Source: Nitrosopumilus sp. (GTDB lineage Archaea > Thermoproteota > Nitrososphaeria > Nitrososphaerales > Nitrosopumilaceae). Taken from it: a stretch of DNA of 64,000 bases. Location: positions 927 to 64,926 of the forward strand of contig JAOKTA010000002.1 in assembly GCA_028335865.1 (NCBI GenBank), in the 5' to 3' direction. How positions within the stretch are numbered: the first letter of the stretch is position 1; each line of letters opens with the position of its first letter. Shown here piece after piece: positions 59,506-64,000 of the stretch. The notes under the pieces are model-generated. The model had not been told where the DNA came from and ran no database searches. It saw only the letters and a program-made list of their open reading frames with translations. The translations under genes and the position numbers were made by a program.

Positions 59506-60816
59506 ATGAAAGACAGTTTTGATTTAATAATAATTGGCGGAGGGATACTAGGAACTTCTCTTTCATATTTTCTATCATTTCTAAATAAATCAAAAAAAAT
59601 TGCAGTTATAGAACAGGAGCATAGTGTTGCACAGCATACGAGTAGTAGGAATACTGGAAAAGTTCACGCACCATATCTATACAATCCTGAAAAGAAAAAA
59701 TTGTTTGCTAAAACAGCATTTCATGGATATGATATGTGGGAACAGTATTGTAAATTAAAAAATATTCCGTTTAAAAAAGACGGGGTAATCGAAGTTGCAA
59801 TAAATCAAAAAGATGTCAATGTTCTTGAAAAATATTGTAAGTGGGGAAAACAAAATGGTTTGAAAGATAACGACATTGAATTAATGAGTAAGGAGGAACT
59901 AAAAAAAATAGAACCTCAAATAAAATGTGAATCTGCATTATATGTCCACAAGGACGCATCAACGGATTATTCAGCGTGTACAAGTACAATAATGCAAGAT
60001 AGTAAAAGAAACAATACAAAATTTCTCGTAAATACAAGAGTTACAAAAATTAAAAAAAGTGAAAATGGGTGGACTTTGACATTGAATAAAAAAGATGAAA
60101 TCCATACAAAATTTCTAATAAATGCTGCAGGCGGGGAATCCATAAACATTGCACATGAATTAGATACAGCTAAAAATTTAACAGACGTTCATTTTAGAGG
60201 AGAATATTGGAAAGTTCCAAAAGAATACAATAATTTAACAAAAAAAAGCGTGTATTCTGTTCCTGAATTTACAGAATATCCATTTTTAGATCCTCATTGG
60301 ATTATGAAAGTGGATGGAAGTTGTGAAATTGGGCCAAACGCAGTTCCAGTATTTAGCCCATACGGATATAGTAAATCAGAAAACATAAAAGAATTCATTC
60401 CGAAAATACTTGAAATGCTAGGATCAGGTGCAAGAAAAACAATTTTTGACAAACAATTTCAAAAACTTGTAATGACAGAAATACAATCATCAATGTCAAA
60501 ATCTGTAATGGTAAATAGAGTTAAGAAATTTTTACCGATAATAAATGAGGATAAAATTACAAAAAAAGGAACTGCAGGAATTAGATCATCAGTTATTGAT
60601 CAAAATGGAAAATTTATTCCGGATGTGATTTTACTTAAATCCGACACGTCATTTCATATTTTAAATTATAATTCACCAGGAGCCACAGGGGCACTACCAT
60701 TTTCAGCACATGTGATAAATGAATTAGATAAAACAGGTCTATTTGAAAATGAAAATATGGAAGCACAGTGTGGACCTTGGAAATTCAATGAGATCATAGA
60801 AAAGTTAGATGGATAA
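59506..60816 (+). CDS. FAD-dependent oxidoreductase, L-2-hydroxyglutarate oxidase-like
   Basis: IIGGGILG, HTSSRNTG.VH, INAAG, FRGEY, GPNA, AGIR, SPGATG. Confidence 0.88.
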   Translation: MKDSFDLIIIGGGILGTSLSYFLSFLNKSKKIAVIEQEHSVAQHTSSRNTGKVHAPYLYNPEKKKLFAKTAFHGYDMWEQYCKLKNIPFKKDGVIEVAINQKDVNVLEKYCKWGKQNGLKDNDIELMSKEELKKIEPQIKCESALYVHKDASTDYSACTSTIMQDSKRNNTKFLVNTRVTKIKKSENGWTLTLNKKDEIHTKFLINAAGGESINIAHELDTAKNLTDVHFRGEYWKVPKEYNNLTKKSVYSVPEFTEYPFLDPHWIMKVDGSCEIGPNAVPVFSPYGYSKSENIKEFIPKILEMLGSGARKTIFDKQFQKLVMTEIQSSMSKSVMVNRVKKFLPIINEDKITKKGTAGIRSSVIDQNGKFIPDVILLKSDTSFHILNYNSPGATGALPFSAHVINELDKTGLFENENMEAQCGPWKFNEIIEKLDG

Positions 60817-60818
60817 AA

Positions 60819-60920
60819 TGGCGCCGAGAGGGAGATTTGAACTCCCGTTCCCTTGCGAGAACGCGCTTTATGGTTAAACAATTTCCAGGCGCGCGCCCTA
60901 CCAGGCTAGGCGACCTCGGC
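60819..60920 (-). tRNA. tRNA-Ser (GGA) with 15-nt intron at 37/38 (60868-60882), CCA encoded
   Basis: GCCGAGG/TCTCGGC acceptor, CGCGC/GCGCG anticodon stem, long variable arm, GGGAG-TTCAAAT-CTCCC. Confidence 0.93.
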
Positions 60921-60986
60921 AGAAGTCTTGCGACAATTCTATTTCATAAAATGTGATTATAAATTGTATCATTCGTATATAGAAAA

Positions 60987-61433
60987 TTACTTCCAAATGC
61001 TCACAGTAGTTGATTTTTCAACAGTGTTTCCATCTGAATCAATTCCATGTACAGATATTTTGTAAACACCATCAGATACAAGTTGGCCATTGTTTTTAAT
61101 TTGATCCCATGAAAGAATAACTTCACCCATTGGAGCAAGAGTAAAAGATACTGGAGGGTAGACAGGAGAATAAATTAGAATTCCAAACAAACCAGTAATT
61201 TTCAAATCACATGATGAATTCAAAAAAGTTAACGTATTAGTTCCAGAATTGATAATTTTAATTTCTATCAACTCATCTTGTTTAAAATCAAATTTTTCAG
61301 TAACTATAGAGATAGAAGAACCATCAACAAAAACTAATTGATTATTGGTTTTATAATCAATTGTGTAAATACCAATTCCAAATCCAGCAATTATACCAAC
61401 AACAATAAAAATAATGAGACTTTTTGCTAACAA
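60987..61433 (-). CDS. membrane-anchored Ig-like hypothetical protein
   Basis: N-terminal TM; WDQ....G..V..G.Y motif. Confidence 0.75.
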   Translation of the reverse strand: MLAKSLIIFIVVGIIAGFGIGIYTIDYKTNNQLVFVDGSSISIVTEKFDFKQDELIEIKIINSGTNTLTFLNSSCDLKITGLFGILIYSPVYPPVSFTLAPMGEVILSWDQIKNNGQLVSDGVYKISVHGIDSDGNTVEKSTTVSIWK

Positions 61434-61459
61434 TTCTTAGAAAATAAATTTAGGATGTT

Positions 61460-62461
61460 TTAATCCTTTGGAGGAATAACTTTTGTTCTCCATTTTTTTG
61501 GATAAGTATTTGGAGCCATAATTATTCTCTTTGTAACAAATGCGTATCCCTTAACGGCATCACGAATTTCTTCTTCGTTCATGGTTGCTTCAGCTAATGC
61601 AACAGCTTCACCTTTTTGTGTATAAATTGCAACGATATCGCCTACTTTCAAATTGGATGATATTTTTAAAACTCCAGGGATTGCAAGTTGAGCACCATGG
61701 CACATTGCATCTACTGCAGAGTCACGAATTACTACGGATTTTAATTCACTTAGTGCACGTTCAACAGGTATTATCATTTGCATTAATTTAGTATCATCTT
61801 TTTTTTCTTCCCAAATAGCAAATGCGTCAGCTAATTCATGTAAAGTTACTAAACCATCTTTTTCATGAAATTGATCAACTCTACTTCTTCTAAGTTCAAT
61901 CATGGTTCCACCAGGTCCTAAAACTTCACCAATATCATAGTATAATTTTCGGATATATGTTCCAGCTTCACATAAAATTCTAGTTAAGAGTAGTCTTTCT
62001 TTTTGTTCAATAATTTCAAATTCATAGATAGTCCTAGTTCTTGTTTGTCTAACAACTGCAGAACGTTGTGGAGGTTTTTGAAAAATTTCACCAGTAAACA
62101 TTTCAACAATATTAGCAAGTTTTTCTTTAGACGGTAATGAATGGATTCTACCCAATGCATGGTATTCTTTTGGACCTAAAAGCAAAACACCTAAAGCTTT
62201 AGTTGCCTCGCCTAATCCTAACGGTAAAACTCCTGAAACCTGAGGATCCAAAGTTCCACTATGGCCAATCTTTTCAAGTTTCAAAATACGTTTTGTCCAG
62301 GCTACAGTTTCATGACTGGTAGGTCCAGGAGGTTTATCTAAAAGAATAATTCCATTGGCCAAGAGTTGCTCAATAGTTCGTTTATCATAGTAGACACCAT
62401 AAGCATCATCAGTAATATCCTGATCAATTTCAATTAGATTTTCAAGTTGTTTTAAAGTCAT
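61460..62461 (-). CDS. cbf5: RNA-guided pseudouridine synthase Cbf5
   Basis: DKPPGPTSHE, GHSGTLDP, CEAGTYIRKL, PUA domain. Confidence 0.96.
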   Translation of the reverse strand: MTLKQLENLIEIDQDITDDAYGVYYDKRTIEQLLANGIILLDKPPGPTSHETVAWTKRILKLEKIGHSGTLDPQVSGVLPLGLGEATKALGVLLLGPKEYHALGRIHSLPSKEKLANIVEMFTGEIFQKPPQRSAVVRQTRTRTIYEFEIIEQKERLLLTRILCEAGTYIRKLYYDIGEVLGPGGTMIELRRSRVDQFHEKDGLVTLHELADAFAIWEEKKDDTKLMQMIIPVERALSELKSVVIRDSAVDAMCHGAQLAIPGVLKISSNLKVGDIVAIYTQKGEAVALAEATMNEEEIRDAVKGYAFVTKRIIMAPNTYPKKWRTKVIPPKD

Positions 62462-63018
62462 ATCAGTTTTCTCACATTTTCAGATGTAACATCAATTACT
62501 TGATTTGCATTAAGATTATCAGTGTTTATAATCACATCAAAAACAGCCTTATCTTCACCAAAATTAAAACCATAGAGTTTTTTGTATAATGCCTTATTTT
62601 TATCAAATCTAGTTTTTGTAATTTCATATGCATTTTCAGAACTCATGTTATCTCTAGATTGCATTCGCTGTGTACTACTTTCATGAGAAGCATCCAACCA
62701 TATCTTTACACCGGTATCAATTAACCACGGTAATGTATAACTCGTAATCACCATTCCGCCTTGGTTAAAAATATCAGTTAATTTTTTATCTAAATTTTTA
62801 TCAAATTCAGAATTTTGTTCACGTTGATTTAGAAATTTCATCCCTTCTTCAGTATCCCACCAATCATCACCATCTGAGTTAAATCCATGTTCCTTAGCCA
62901 TTTCTTTTAAAACATCCCCACCACTAAGATATTGTAAATTGAATTCTTTAGCTAGTCCTTTAGCAACAGTTGTTTTCCCAACTGCAGGAGGGCCAGATAT
63001 AACAATAGATGATGTCAA
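62458..63018 (-). CDS. cmk: cytidylate kinase (archaeal type)
   Basis: ISGPPAVGKTT, LSGG, RM..RD, LYG, D..INTD. Confidence 0.9.
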   Translation of the reverse strand: MTSSIVISGPPAVGKTTVAKGLAKEFNLQYLSGGDVLKEMAKEHGFNSDGDDWWDTEEGMKFLNQREQNSEFDKNLDKKLTDIFNQGGMVITSYTLPWLIDTGVKIWLDASHESSTQRMQSRDNMSSENAYEITKTRFDKNKALYKKLYGFNFGEDKAVFDVIINTDNLNANQVIDVTSENVRKLI

Positions 63019-63647
63019 CCTAGATCCATTGAAGTTTTAGTGATTCTCATGATAATTCCACTAAATGCAATAGAAGAAAGGAAATACCAAGCCCAAAGCA
63101 TTAGGTGATTTTCCTTACCAAAGCACACGTTTGTTGAATCCAAAGCTTGTTCTGCAGTACAAGTTAGTTGGAACATGTCACCAGGAATCACATTAAGTGG
63201 GATTGGAGAAATAGCTACTGTGTAGGTAAAGAGAGCAGGCAATACAAGGTAAAATATCAGAATTAAAGGTACAAAGGTAATCATCATTGGTCGCATATTC
63301 ATTTGCATCATCTCCATAGACATCTTGTTCATGTACGAAGATTTTTTGCTTAGTTCTGCAGTTTTTGCAGTGTCCTTAGATCTCATTGCAGCCATTCTTT
63401 CTTTTTGCCATGCTTTAGTTTCCTTCATAATTCGTTTTAGTTTTGTTTGATCAACCATTTTTTTTCTAACTGCAGAATTGAAAATATTAAGCAGTATACC
63501 AAATCCAGATACAGCAAACATAGTTACAATGATGCCCTTGACCATAGGATCATCACTACCAAGTGCTTGTCTACCTTCGCCACCTAGAAAGTCAGGTAGT
63601 TGTAGAAATGCTGAGTCAATAAATAGTAGAATAAAGTTAAAATCCAT
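63015..63647 (-). CDS. DUF106 / EMC3-TMCO1 family membrane insertase
   Basis: TM-coiled coil-MRPMMITFVP-...WYFLSS; adk-DUF106-cmk order. Confidence 0.9.
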   Translation of the reverse strand: MDFNFILLFIDSAFLQLPDFLGGEGRQALGSDDPMVKGIIVTMFAVSGFGILLNIFNSAVRKKMVDQTKLKRIMKETKAWQKERMAAMRSKDTAKTAELSKKSSYMNKMSMEMMQMNMRPMMITFVPLILIFYLVLPALFTYTVAISPIPLNVIPGDMFQLTCTAEQALDSTNVCFGKENHLMLWAWYFLSSIAFSGIIMRITKTSMDLG

Positions 63648-63650
63648 TTT

Positions 63651-64000
63651 TTACAGCCCTATTGCCCTGATAATCTTATCAGCTGCTTCATCAATTTTAC
63701 CCTCACCATTAAGAACAAGTCTGACAGGAGAGCCCGTAATTACAGCGCATGCAGATATCATACCAGATTGAACATCTAGCTCCTTCTTAATGTTAGCGAG
63801 TGTTATTTTATCTCTATTTCGAGTATCATCTTTCATCCTTCTATTGTAAATTTCTTCAGGTTTTGCAGATACTGAAACAAAATTGGTAGGTTTAATAATT
63901 TTTAAAACATGTTCAGGCAATCCAGGATAGTATCCTTCAGGTGAATTGATAAATGCATGAGTATCAATAATTACAACTTCTTCTTCATGTCCAGCAATTT
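63651..64000 (-). CDS. adkA: adenylate kinase, archaeal type (5' part outside window)
   Basis: IIDTHAFINSPEGYYPGLP, EI..RR..D.TR.RD. Confidence 0.92.
   Translation of the reverse strand, partial: IAGHEEEVVIIDTHAFINSPEGYYPGLPEHVLKIIKPTNFVSVSAKPEEIYNRRMKDDTRNRDKITLANIKKELDVQSGMISACAVITGSPVRLVLNGEGKIDEAADKIIRAIGL

Overview
AT-rich archaeal chromosome segment whose gene set and order fit an ammonia-oxidising thaumarchaeon (Nitrosopumilus-like; inferred from gene content, not from a marker search). Mostly housekeeping: pgk, suf operon, hemLC-cobA-hemD, arsR/arsC/aquaporin, sbtAB, a frameshifted Pit phosphate transporter, an amt/PII cluster, exosome superoperon, rpoD-ribosomal genes, two tandem aconitase-family pairs, a 2-oxoacid:ferredoxin oxidoreductase, cbf5-cmk-adk, three tRNAs (Glu-CTC, Gly-GCC, intron-containing Ser-GGA) and a box C/D sRNA. 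No CRISPR, transposase or integrase seen. The best candidate for an undescribed system is the 18.6-22.9 kb nitrogen locus. It has a degenerate PII domain fused to a ribbon-helix-helix-like tail, and a shared 11-bp-period direct repeat upstream of that gene and in the amt/glnB divergent promoter. It also has an amt-roadblock-FNR operon and a PII gene followed by three unannotated small proteins. Also notable are several Cys-rich microproteins missed by the ORF track (one metallothionein-like, one ending in Gly-Gly, one C2H2 finger behind a perfect 14-bp palindrome) and a Fur-like gene closing the suf operon.
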